A stretch of DNA of 64,000 bases from Clostridium sp. CAG:567 (GTDB taxonomy: Bacteria > Bacillota > Clostridia > TANB77 > CAG-508): assembly GCA_000437855.1 (NCBI GenBank), contig FR902170.1, forward strand, positions 28,692-92,691. Reading direction: 5' to 3'. Under the pieces are notes generated by a model that had not been told where the DNA came from, ran no database searches, and saw only the letters and a program-made list of their open reading frames with translations. The position numbers were made by a program, and so were the translations under genes. Of the stretch, positions 46,210 to 53,789 are shown one piece after another (the stretch's first letter is position 1; each line of letters starts with the position of its first letter).

Positions 46210-47826
46210 ATGTCGAAAATAAAAGAATTTTTAAAAGGGATAGTTTCGAATTACAAAAACAGTTTTAAACAATATACAGCAACTAATATAATAATATTAT
46301 TAACAACTTTATTTTTTGTATTTGCATTAGAAAATTTACCAACAATAACAGATAAATTGTTAACAGTAATAGTTATATGTGCTGTGAATTTTTTTACTTG
46401 TGAAACATATTTTAAGAAAATGAGCCAAAGGGGAATAGCCTACATAGTAAGTATAGGAGTAGCAATAGGATTAGAAAAACTAATGTATACAGAAAATCTT
46501 TCAGCTGTTAGGTTTGGAATAGGATATATAATAATAATATTTTTAATTGGATTAATACAAGTAATAAGAAATTCAGAAGTTGACGTGGGAGAATATGTTG
46601 TAAAAACATTTAAAAATCTTTTTGGTGTTGGAATAATATATTCAATTTTAAACATTGGCTTAACATTAATATTATTTATATTTATTGCATTGATTTTAAA
46701 TGATACAAATAACTTCAACTTGATAGGAAGATTGCAAATTGCATTGTTAGGGTTATGGATGTTACCAGCAAGTTTAGTTGCTATAACAGATGTAAAAAAT
46801 GAAGTTTCAAAATTTATAAAAGCAATTATATTATATATAATGTTGCCACTAACAATATTAGCTACGGCAATAATTTATATGTATATGGCTAAAATAATTA
46901 TAATAAGAGAAATACCAGCAAATTCAATATTTAGAATATTAGCAGGGTTGTTTATTGTAGCATTTCCTGTATGGACGGCAATACATGCATTTAGAGAAGA
47001 AGCAAAAATAATAGAAAAATTTTGCAAAATATTGCCAATATCTTTTATTCCATTTGTATTATTACAAATTTATTCGATATATGCTCGTATTGATGGAAAT
47101 GGACTTACACCAAGTAGATATATAGGAATAATGTTTATAGTATTTGAAATAATAGCAATATTTTTGTCTTTATATAAAGAAAGGAAATATTTAATACATA
47201 CAATAACAGCAGTATCAGTGATAATAGCAATATCTACAATGCTTCCAATTGTGAATGTACAATCAGCTTCTAATATAAGTCAATCAAACAGATTAAAAAA
47301 GGCTTGGAGAACAGGACAAAGTTTTGATGAATTATCAGATGAAAATAAAGAAATAGCTAAAAGTGCTTATGATTACTTAAAAAGACAAAATGATTCTGAT
47401 AAATATATACCAAACTATGTAAGTGAAGATGAAATGGATAAAAGTACAAAAGATAATAGAAACTATTATAATGATTATGTACAATATAAAAATGTTGAAT
47501 ACTCAAAATCTTATGGTAAGGAAGAACCAATCATACCAATTGGAGGATATAGGTATTTGCAAGCAATTGCTGCATCAGAATATAACCAAAAACTTGAAAA
47601 TTTTAGAAATATTAAATTCATAGGTTCAGTTACAATTAACTTAGAAGAATATATTTCTAAAGTGATAGAAGAGAATAACGAAAAGGGATACGTAGAAACA
47701 AATAATGTAATAAAAATAGATGAAAACAGAGACTTTTATATAACAAATTTACGAATGAGATATACTGATCAAAAACCGACGAAAATTAGTTATTTTACAA
47801 TAAAAGGATATGTACTACAAAAGTAA
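46210..47826 (+). CDS. Polytopic membrane protein with C-terminal soluble domain (possibly DUF4153-like)
   Basis: 538 aa with about ten predicted TM helices in the first 350 aa, then a K/E/Y-rich domain. The family call is tentative and from memory. Confidence 0.45.
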   Translation: MSKIKEFLKGIVSNYKNSFKQYTATNIIILLTTLFFVFALENLPTITDKLLTVIVICAVNFFTCETYFKKMSQRGIAYIVSIGVAIGLEKLMYTENLSAVRFGIGYIIIIFLIGLIQVIRNSEVDVGEYVVKTFKNLFGVGIIYSILNIGLTLILFIFIALILNDTNNFNLIGRLQIALLGLWMLPASLVAITDVKNEVSKFIKAIILYIMLPLTILATAIIYMYMAKIIIIREIPANSIFRILAGLFIVAFPVWTAIHAFREEAKIIEKFCKILPISFIPFVLLQIYSIYARIDGNGLTPSRYIGIMFIVFEIIAIFLSLYKERKYLIHTITAVSVIIAISTMLPIVNVQSASNISQSNRLKKAWRTGQSFDELSDENKEIAKSAYDYLKRQNDSDKYIPNYVSEDEMDKSTKDNRNYYNDYVQYKNVEYSKSYGKEEPIIPIGGYRYLQAIAASEYNQKLENFRNIKFIGSVTINLEEYISKVIEENNEKGYVETNNVIKIDENRDFYITNLRMRYTDQKPTKISYFTIKGYVLQK

Positions 47827-47860
47827 TAATAAAAATAATGAAATTTGGTAAAAAAATCAA

Positions 47861-47889
47861 TTGTAATTTTATATGCTTTATGATAATAT
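47861..47889 (+). promoter_or_regulatory. Extended -10 promoter upstream of the structured RNA candidate
   Basis: TTGTAA (47861-47866), 17 nt spacer ending in TGA, TAATAT (47884-47889). Confidence 0.45.
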
Positions 47890-47919
47890 ATATCTAATAA
47901 TTAAATAGAATTTATTTTT

Positions 47920-48097
47920 CCCTGCATAGTGCGTGTAGACTGGAATTTTAGAACCAACAAATTCTAAACGGGAATCTGCCTTTAAATGTGGCGTGTAAGC
48001 TTACCAACTATTGTAAGAAACCCAGGAGCATTTAACAAGATACCCACCTGTGTAAGCAGGTCCTTAAAATTTCATTCACCTTACGGCTAAGGCGGGG
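47920..48097 (+). ncRNA. ssrS: Structured ncRNA candidate with 6S RNA-like architecture
   Basis: GC-enriched island of about 178 nt in an AT-rich spacer. Closing stem CCCTGC..TAG (47920-47929) / CTA..GCGGGG (48087-48097). Second stem 47942-47951 / 48064-48073. An asymmetric central loop has an 18-nt single strand on the 5' side and a small hairpin (48046-48061) on the 3' side. The apical arm is 47970-48045 (GGGAATC/GATACCC, TTAAATG/CATTTAA, CTTAC/GTAAG). Confidence 0.5.
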
Positions 48098-48116
48098 CTT
48101 TGATTTATATAATTTT

Positions 48117-48151
48117 AAGGACTAGATGAAAAGCTTAAATATCTAGTCCTT
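48117..48151 (+). terminator. Hairpin following the ncRNA candidate (weak U-tract)
   Basis: AAGGACTAGAT (48117-48127) / ATCTAGTCCTT (48141-48151). Confidence 0.5.
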
Positions 48152-48206
48152 TAAGCTATATAAAATTATTGAAAAACAAAATAAGTAAATGATATAATAT
48201 AACAAG

Positions 48207-49073
48207 GTGAAAAAAATGAAACAAATTGAATTAATAAGATTTGGAGAAAATGCTTTAAAACAAGAAAACATACAAGATGCAGGTATAAAAGCAAGAATGC
48301 TTTTACAACATATATTAAATCAAACTAGACAAGAAATAATTATTAATAGTGAAAAAATTGTAAATCAGAATCAAATTGATGAATATGAAAAAAGCATAAA
48401 TAAAATAATAAATGGATTACCAATACAATACATAACTCATAATCAACAGTTTATGGGACTTGAGTTTTATGTAGATGAAAATGTTTTAATTCCACAACCA
48501 GACACTGAAGTTTTAGTTGAACAAACAATAAAAATTATAAATCAATTATCAAAAAACGGAAAAAAAGTTGAAGTATTGGATTTATGTACAGGAAGTGGAG
48601 CAATAGCAATTTCAATTGGCCATTATTGTAATGATTTGGAAATAACTGCAACAGATATCAGTCTAAAAGCACTTGAAATAACTAAAAAAAATGCAAAAAC
48701 AAATGAAGTGATAAATTTAGAGATTTTAAAATCCGATTTGTTTAATGAATTGTCAGAAAAAAAGTTTGATGTTATAGTATCAAATCCACCATATATTGAA
48801 ACTGAAACAATAAAAAAGTTGAGCAAAGATGTACAAGCAGAACCACATATAGCCTTAGATGGTGGGAAAGATGGATTAGAATTTTATAGAAAAATATTAA
48901 ATGAGTCACATAAATACCTAAGGCCAAATGGATATTTATTACTAGAAATAGGATATAACCAAGGAAAAATTGTTACAAAATTAGAGTGTAACAATTTAAA
49001 ATTAATAACAAATGAACCAATAAAAGATTTTGAAGGAAATAATAGAGTTGTTGTTTTTCAAAAGGAGGGCTAA
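48207..49073 (+). CDS. prmC: Release-factor glutamine N5-methyltransferase PrmC (HemK)
   Basis: SAM motif VLDLCTGSGAIAIS and catalytic VSNPPYI. GTG 48207 or ATG 48216 as start. Confidence 0.85.
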   Translation: MKKMKQIELIRFGENALKQENIQDAGIKARMLLQHILNQTRQEIIINSEKIVNQNQIDEYEKSINKIINGLPIQYITHNQQFMGLEFYVDENVLIPQPDTEVLVEQTIKIINQLSKNGKKVEVLDLCTGSGAIAISIGHYCNDLEITATDISLKALEITKKNAKTNEVINLEILKSDLFNELSEKKFDVIVSNPPYIETETIKKLSKDVQAEPHIALDGGKDGLEFYRKILNESHKYLRPNGYLLLEIGYNQGKIVTKLECNNLKLITNEPIKDFEGNNRVVVFQKEG

Positions 49074-49961
49074 ATGTCTTTTTCAGGTGAAGTAAAAGAA
49101 GAAATAAGTAAATTAAGCAATTTAGCAAACAAAGAAGCAGTAAAATATGAATTACTTGGATATATAATAACTAATAATATATCAGCAGAGAAAAATAAAA
49201 TAAAATTTTGTACCGAAAGTGAATACAGTATAAATCGATTTAGTAAATTATTAAATAATTTACAATACTCAAATCATAAAATAGAAATAATCGGAAAGAA
49301 ATTTTGTATTAGTGTAAATAAGCCAGATATTTCAGAAATTACATATATGAACAATACAGTGATGTTAGAAGGCATAATTAACAAAGTTAGTAATCAAGAA
49401 ATACTAGAAAAAGCATTTGTAAGAGGAAGTTTTTTAGGAGGAGGATCAGTAAATAACCCTAAAAATAATTATCACTTAGAAATAATTTTTTCATCTGAAG
49501 AAAATGCAAGTATAATACTTGAAATTTTAAGTAAATATGAGATAAATTTTAAAAAAATAGAAAAGAAAAACGGACAAGCAATATATACAAAAGATGGAGA
49601 ACAAATTTCAAAATTTTTAGCACTAATTGGGGCAAGCACAGCTGTGCTTAAATTTGAAGAAATACGTGTATATAGAGAAATTAGAAACAATGTTAATAGA
49701 AAAGTAAATTGTGAAACAGCAAATTTAAATAAAACAGTTGAAGCTGCAATAAAACAAATAGAAGATATAAACTTTCTAAAACAAATAGGACAGTTTGAAA
49801 AAATGCCTGAACAATTACAAGAAGTGGCAGAGTTAAGAATTAAAAATCCAGAAGCAACTTTAAGTGAAATAGGAAAAATGCTATCAAAACCAATAGGAAA
49901 ATCAGGAGTAAATCATCGCTTTCAAAACATAGAACAATTTGTTTCTAAATTTAAACAATAG
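49074..49961 (+). CDS. whiA: DNA-binding protein WhiA
   Basis: MSFS..VKEE.......  ...E...........F..RG.FL.GGS...P...YHLE (LAGLIDADG-like halves) plus a C-terminal HTH (L.E....R..NP..TL.E.G.......K.SGVNHR). Confidence 0.9.
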   Translation: MSFSGEVKEEISKLSNLANKEAVKYELLGYIITNNISAEKNKIKFCTESEYSINRFSKLLNNLQYSNHKIEIIGKKFCISVNKPDISEITYMNNTVMLEGIINKVSNQEILEKAFVRGSFLGGGSVNNPKNNYHLEIIFSSEENASIILEILSKYEINFKKIEKKNGQAIYTKDGEQISKFLALIGASTAVLKFEEIRVYREIRNNVNRKVNCETANLNKTVEAAIKQIEDINFLKQIGQFEKMPEQLQEVAELRIKNPEATLSEIGKMLSKPIGKSGVNHRFQNIEQFVSKFKQ

Positions 49962-49972
49962 AGTAGACACAA

Positions 49973-50064
49973 AGATTAACAGTTATATTATTTTTGAAGC
50001 CGGAAAGTCGCTGTTCCTACTCTAACAATTTAATTAAATCTAAAAATTATATAACTGTTAATCT
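49973..50064. repeat. Hairpin-nested intergenic element, copy 2 (right-half core)
   Basis: Perfect 16-bp inverted repeat AGATTAACAGTTATAT (49973-49988) / ATATAACTGTTAATCT (50049-50064), extendable by 6 more bp after one mismatch. The core GCCGGAAAGTCGCTGTTCCTACTCTAACAATTTAATTAAA matches the copy 1 right half (AAAGTCGCTGTACCTACTCTAAAAATATTAATTTTAAA). Confidence 0.6.
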
Positions 50065-50088
50065 AAAAAATAAGAAAGGAATAAAATT

Positions 50089-51258
50089 ATGCGAAGAAAA
50101 CAAATTGGACTATACATACACATCCCATTCTGTAAGCAAAAATGTAGTTATTGTGATTTTTGCTCTTATGCAAATAAAGAAAGCTTTATAAAAAGGTATA
50201 TTCAATGTGTATTAAAAGAAATTATAGAAGTTGGAAATAATAATAAAATTGATTTTGAAAATGGCAAAGATGATTTGTTTTTAGTTAAAACAATATATAT
50301 TGGCGGTGGAACGCCATCATTAATTGATAGTAAATATATTGTTCAAATTATAGAAGATATAAAACTAAATTTTGAAATTGACGAAAAAGCAGAAATTACA
50401 ATAGAAGTTAATCCTGGAACAGTCACTTTGGAAAAATTAGAAGATTACAAAAGGGCTGGAATAAATAGACTAAGTATAGGTTTACAATCTACACATGAAC
50501 ATTTATTAAAAGAAATTGGAAGAATACACACATATTTAGACTTTTTAGATACTTTCAGATTTGCAAGAGAAGCGGGATTTGAAAATATAAATGTGGATTT
50601 AATGATAGGAATTCCAAACCAAACGTTAGAAGAAGTAAAAGACTCAATAGAAGAAATAGTATCAATGGAACCTGAGCATATTTCTGTATATTCATTGATA
50701 TTAGAAGAAGGTACACCATTATTTAAAAAGGTGGAAGAAGGATTAGAACTACCAGATGAAGAACTAGAAAGGAAAATGTATTGGAATGTAAAACGAATTT
50801 TAGAGGCAAATGGATATAATCACTATGAAATATCCAATTTTGCAAAACAAGGCTATGAATCAAAACACAATTTAGACTGTTGGAATCAAAAGGAATATAT
50901 AGGTTTTGGAATAGCTGCACATTCATATACAAATGGAATTAGATATTCAAACATAGAAAATATAGAACAATATATAAAAAATTATGATGAAGACAAAACA
51001 GAAGAAAATTTAGTATTCCATGAAAAACAAGATATGGAAGCAATGCAAAAAGAATATATGCTATTAGGTCTAAGAAAGATAGATGGAGTTAGTATACAAG
51101 AATTTAAAATAAAATTTGTAGCAAACCCGGTTTTTTTATATCATAGTGAACTTGAAAAACTTGTGAATGAAGAATTACTAGAAATAGATGGAGACCAAAT
51201 TAAGCTAACTAACAAAGGCTTAGACCTAGCAAATATAGTATGGGAAGAATTTATTTAG
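50089..51258 (+). CDS. hemW: Radical-SAM heme chaperone HemW (HemN-like, YggW family)
   Basis: LYIHIPFC..KC.YCDF (CxxxCxxC), GGGTPS, HemN_C-like C-terminus. This is the usual position upstream of hrcA-grpE-dnaK. Confidence 0.85.
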   Translation: MRRKQIGLYIHIPFCKQKCSYCDFCSYANKESFIKRYIQCVLKEIIEVGNNNKIDFENGKDDLFLVKTIYIGGGTPSLIDSKYIVQIIEDIKLNFEIDEKAEITIEVNPGTVTLEKLEDYKRAGINRLSIGLQSTHEHLLKEIGRIHTYLDFLDTFRFAREAGFENINVDLMIGIPNQTLEEVKDSIEEIVSMEPEHISVYSLILEEGTPLFKKVEEGLELPDEELERKMYWNVKRILEANGYNHYEISNFAKQGYESKHNLDCWNQKEYIGFGIAAHSYTNGIRYSNIENIEQYIKNYDEDKTEENLVFHEKQDMEAMQKEYMLLGLRKIDGVSIQEFKIKFVANPVFLYHSELEKLVNEELLEIDGDQIKLTNKGLDLANIVWEEFI

Positions 51259-51281
51259 AATTAAAATATAAGTAGTTTTAA

Positions 51282-51374
51282 AGTAGACAGATAAAAGCAA
51301 AAGTAGGAACGGAAGTAATTATTGAAACGACAGGACTAACAAAAGAAGAAATGGAGAAATTGAAAGAAATGTAA
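51282..51374 (+). pseudogene. Possible 3' remnant of an Rpn/PD-(D/E)XK transposase-like gene
   Basis: A 30-codon open stretch SRQIKAKVGTEVIIETTGLTKEEMEKLKEM* resembles the ...TGLS.EEIE.L C-termini of Rpn-family proteins (from memory). No start or RBS. Confidence 0.2.
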
Positions 51375-51472
51375 GAATAAAAATTTAATCAAATCACTTG
51401 AAATTGTTTTATAAGTAGTATAAGATAAATACAGTAGAAATCTAAAGAAAAGAGTAGAAAGAGGCACAAAAT

Positions 51473-51595
51473 ATGAAGAAAGCTAAAACCTTTGCAGGAG
51501 TAGAGAAAGCCACAACATTAACAAATAACAAACAAGCTAAGAAATTAGCTTTATTAAGCATATACAAGACAGATATTAAATATGAAAATATTTAG
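51473..51595 (+). CDS. Conserved basic leader ORF, copy B (40 aa)
   Basis: ATG 51473 preceded by AGAAAGAGGCAC. MKKAKTFAGVEKATTLTNNKQAKKLALLSIYKTDIKYENI*. It has the same AAGCTAA-GAAA-TTAGCTT hairpin (51534-51551) as copy A. Confidence 0.4.
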   Translation: MKKAKTFAGVEKATTLTNNKQAKKLALLSIYKTDIKYENI

Positions 51596-51612
51596 TATCT
51601 GTCTTTGTTTGT
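51567..51612 (+). terminator. Hairpin plus T-rich tail overlapping the end of leader ORF B
   Basis: AGACAGATA (51567-51575) / TATCTGTCT (51596-51604) followed by TTGTTTGTG. Confidence 0.5.
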
Positions 51613-51753
51613 GTTCTAAGAGATTTATCATTATATGATAAATTGCAGAAGAAGACAAATATGCGACTTACTAGAATTTCTAGCAGTTCGCACTGCATAT
51701 AAATTCTTGGAATCCGTTTTTGTGTGCCTAAAAATAAAAATTAAAAGAAAGGG

Positions 51754-51772
51754 TATGATAAAAAATATCATA
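51754..51772 (+). promoter_or_regulatory. Dyad TATGAT-N7-ATCATA upstream of the RBS of pilin-like gene B
   Basis: Same conserved block as copy A (AAAGAAAGGGTATGAT..ATCATATAAAAGGTG). Confidence 0.5.
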
Positions 51773-51791
51773 TAAAAGGTGCAAAGAAAAA

Positions 51792-53555
51792 ATGAAAACA
51801 AAGAACAAAAGAAATTATTCAAAACAAAATGGCATTACGCTAATTGCACTAGTAGTAACTATTGTAGTATTACTAATACTAGCAGGAGTAAGTATAAATG
51901 CACTATTTGGAAATACAGGAATAATACAAAAAGCAAAAGATGCTCAAAACAAAATGGATCAAGCAACACAAAATGACTTAGACTCAATAAACGGCTTAAA
52001 TGAATGGATAGATGGAAAAATAAATGGCACAACAGGAGAAGAAAGCAAACCTGTAACAAATCCATATGCTGACCAACAATGGACAATGGCATATGTATGC
52101 AATAATGGAACTTGGAGTAATACTCCATTAACTTCAGCAAATGGAGATACAATTCCAGAAGGTACACAAATTGTAGCTAAATTTTATGCTACTGGCGAAA
52201 AAATAACACCACCATCACTAAATGCTAGTAGCAGTAAAACAATACCATTTTCAGAAGGTGAGACGTATAAAGTAGTAATTGAAGGAACAGGAGAAATGGG
52301 AATATTAATAGATGCAACAAGTATTAGTGATATAAAATCAGCAAGTGGTTGGCAAATCCAAACAGTTTCATATTTTGCATGGTTACAAGGTGGAATGCAA
52401 GGTAATGCGGTATCTTGTATAACACCATATATTACAGAATTAACAATATGTGATGGAATAACAAATGTAGGCAATTTTGCTATGGCAGGAGCAACAAGTT
52501 TAAGTAAAGTTACATTAGGTAATAGTCTAAAAACAATAGGAAATTATAGTTTTAGTGGTAATAATGAGCTAAGTGAAATATCAATTCCTGATACAGTAAC
52601 AAGTGTAGGAAAAAATGCATTCAGTAGAGAGTATGGAAATATTACTAGTATAATAGTTCCAAATGAAGCAATTGCAAAGATAGTAAACGGTTCATATCAT
52701 GGAGGAACAGCCAAAGTAGTAATAGCAAATGAAAATAAGATTGCACAAAATACAATAAATGCAGAAGAAGTGGCTAATCATCCAGTAGTATATAGTGGAA
52801 AAGAAGTGACAGGATATACTTGTGATAATAGTGCAGGAGTAAACAAATGGAAAATATATCATTCAGATGGGAAAAATATATATTTAATAGCAGATAATTA
52901 TATAACAGGAAAATATATACCAGCAAAAGATGGAGCAACAATGACCGCAAGTTCAACAACCAATGCATATTATTTTAATGACACCTTATTAAATAAATAT
53001 ACAGGAGCAGTAAGTATAACAGATGCAAATATAACCCCATGGCTAAGTTATTTGAAATCAAGTTATGGTGGAAGTGATAATACAAATAATAAAAATATTA
53101 ATATGAAAGCAACAGCATATTTATTAGATACAGAAATATGGAAAGGATTTAAAAACTCAACAAAAGCAAAATATGCAATAGGAGCACCAACTTTAGATAT
53201 GTTTGTAGCATCATATAACACAAGATTTGCAAAACAAATAGAAACAATAGTGCAAGAAGCAGGATACAAACTAAAATTCACAGATGGAGATTCATATGAA
53301 TATTCTCTAGCTACCTATGATTATTTAACAGCACATCAATATAAAGACAATTATGCAAATCATATGTGGCTTGCCAGTCCGACAGCCCGCAGCAGCGACT
53401 ATTTGGTGGGCGTGAACTGCTACGGTAATGTCTACTACTACTACTACAATGACGTCAGCGGTTGTTTGGGCGTGCGTCCGCTAGTTTGTCTAGAATCTGG
53501 AGTCTCTCTCGAAAAACAAGAAGTAAATGGAGAAATTGTATATAACATAAAATAG
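51792..53555 (+). CDS. Pilin-like N-terminal anchor fused to BspA-type leucine-rich repeats and a C-terminal lectin-like domain with a composition-shifted end
   Basis: The N-terminus NG-ITLIALVVTIVVLLILAGVSI is nearly identical to gene A for about 45 aa. LRR block: I..LTI.DGIT.VG..A..G...L..VTLG.SLKTIG..SF.....L.EISIPD.VT.VG..AF. C-terminus: HMWLASP......YLVGVN..G.V.........GVRPLV.L. Confidence 0.75.
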   Translation: MKTKNKRNYSKQNGITLIALVVTIVVLLILAGVSINALFGNTGIIQKAKDAQNKMDQATQNDLDSINGLNEWIDGKINGTTGEESKPVTNPYADQQWTMAYVCNNGTWSNTPLTSANGDTIPEGTQIVAKFYATGEKITPPSLNASSSKTIPFSEGETYKVVIEGTGEMGILIDATSISDIKSASGWQIQTVSYFAWLQGGMQGNAVSCITPYITELTICDGITNVGNFAMAGATSLSKVTLGNSLKTIGNYSFSGNNELSEISIPDTVTSVGKNAFSREYGNITSIIVPNEAIAKIVNGSYHGGTAKVVIANENKIAQNTINAEEVANHPVVYSGKEVTGYTCDNSAGVNKWKIYHSDGKNIYLIADNYITGKYIPAKDGATMTASSTTNAYYFNDTLLNKYTGAVSITDANITPWLSYLKSSYGGSDNTNNKNINMKATAYLLDTEIWKGFKNSTKAKYAIGAPTLDMFVASYNTRFAKQIETIVQEAGYKLKFTDGDSYEYSLATYDYLTAHQYKDNYANHMWLASPTARSSDYLVGVNCYGNVYYYYYNDVSGCLGVRPLVCLESGVSLEKQEVNGEIVYNIK

Positions 53556-53569
53556 TAGCACTATTTTTG

Positions 53570-53608
53570 AGTAGTACTTCAATTTAAGGAAGTACTACTT
53601 TATTTTTG
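53570..53608 (+). terminator. Rho-independent terminator after pilin-like gene B
   Basis: AGTAGTACTTC / GAAGTACTACT stem followed by TTATTTTTG. Confidence 0.75.
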
Positions 53609-53683
53609 TATAATTATATGCTTTTTATTACATTTGTATAGTCGTTTTTGTTATAGAATTTCACATAAATTTCACACAATTTT

Positions 53684-53710
53684 TTAGCAATATGTATTGA
53701 CAATTGCTAA
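53684..53710 (+). promoter_or_regulatory. CIRCE-like inverted repeat overlapping the hrcA -35 (degenerate)
   Basis: TTAGCAATA-N9-AATTGCTAA. The outer TTAGCA/TGCTAA arms match CIRCE (TTAGCACTC-N9-GAGTGCTAA) but the inner positions differ. TTGACA at 53697-53702 lies inside it. Confidence 0.4.
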
Positions 53711-53734
53711 AAATGGATATAATATATATGCAGT

Positions 53735-53761
53735 TTAGCAGATAAGAACTGAGAGTGCTAA
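53735..53761 (+). promoter_or_regulatory. CIRCE operator (HrcA binding site), left arm degenerate
   Basis: TTAGCAGAT-AAGAACTGA-GAGTGCTAA. The right arm is a perfect CIRCE half. The left arm matches 6 of 9 positions. 29 nt upstream of the hrcA start. Confidence 0.65.
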
Positions 53762-53789
53762 AACATATAAAGAGTTAGAAGGTGAAAAT

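Noticed and set aside
49994-50191. 65-aa ORF overlapping element copy 2 and the hemW start
   Set aside because: It reads through a palindromic non-coding element, has no RBS and overlaps the well supported hemW start (ATG 50089 behind AAGGAA).
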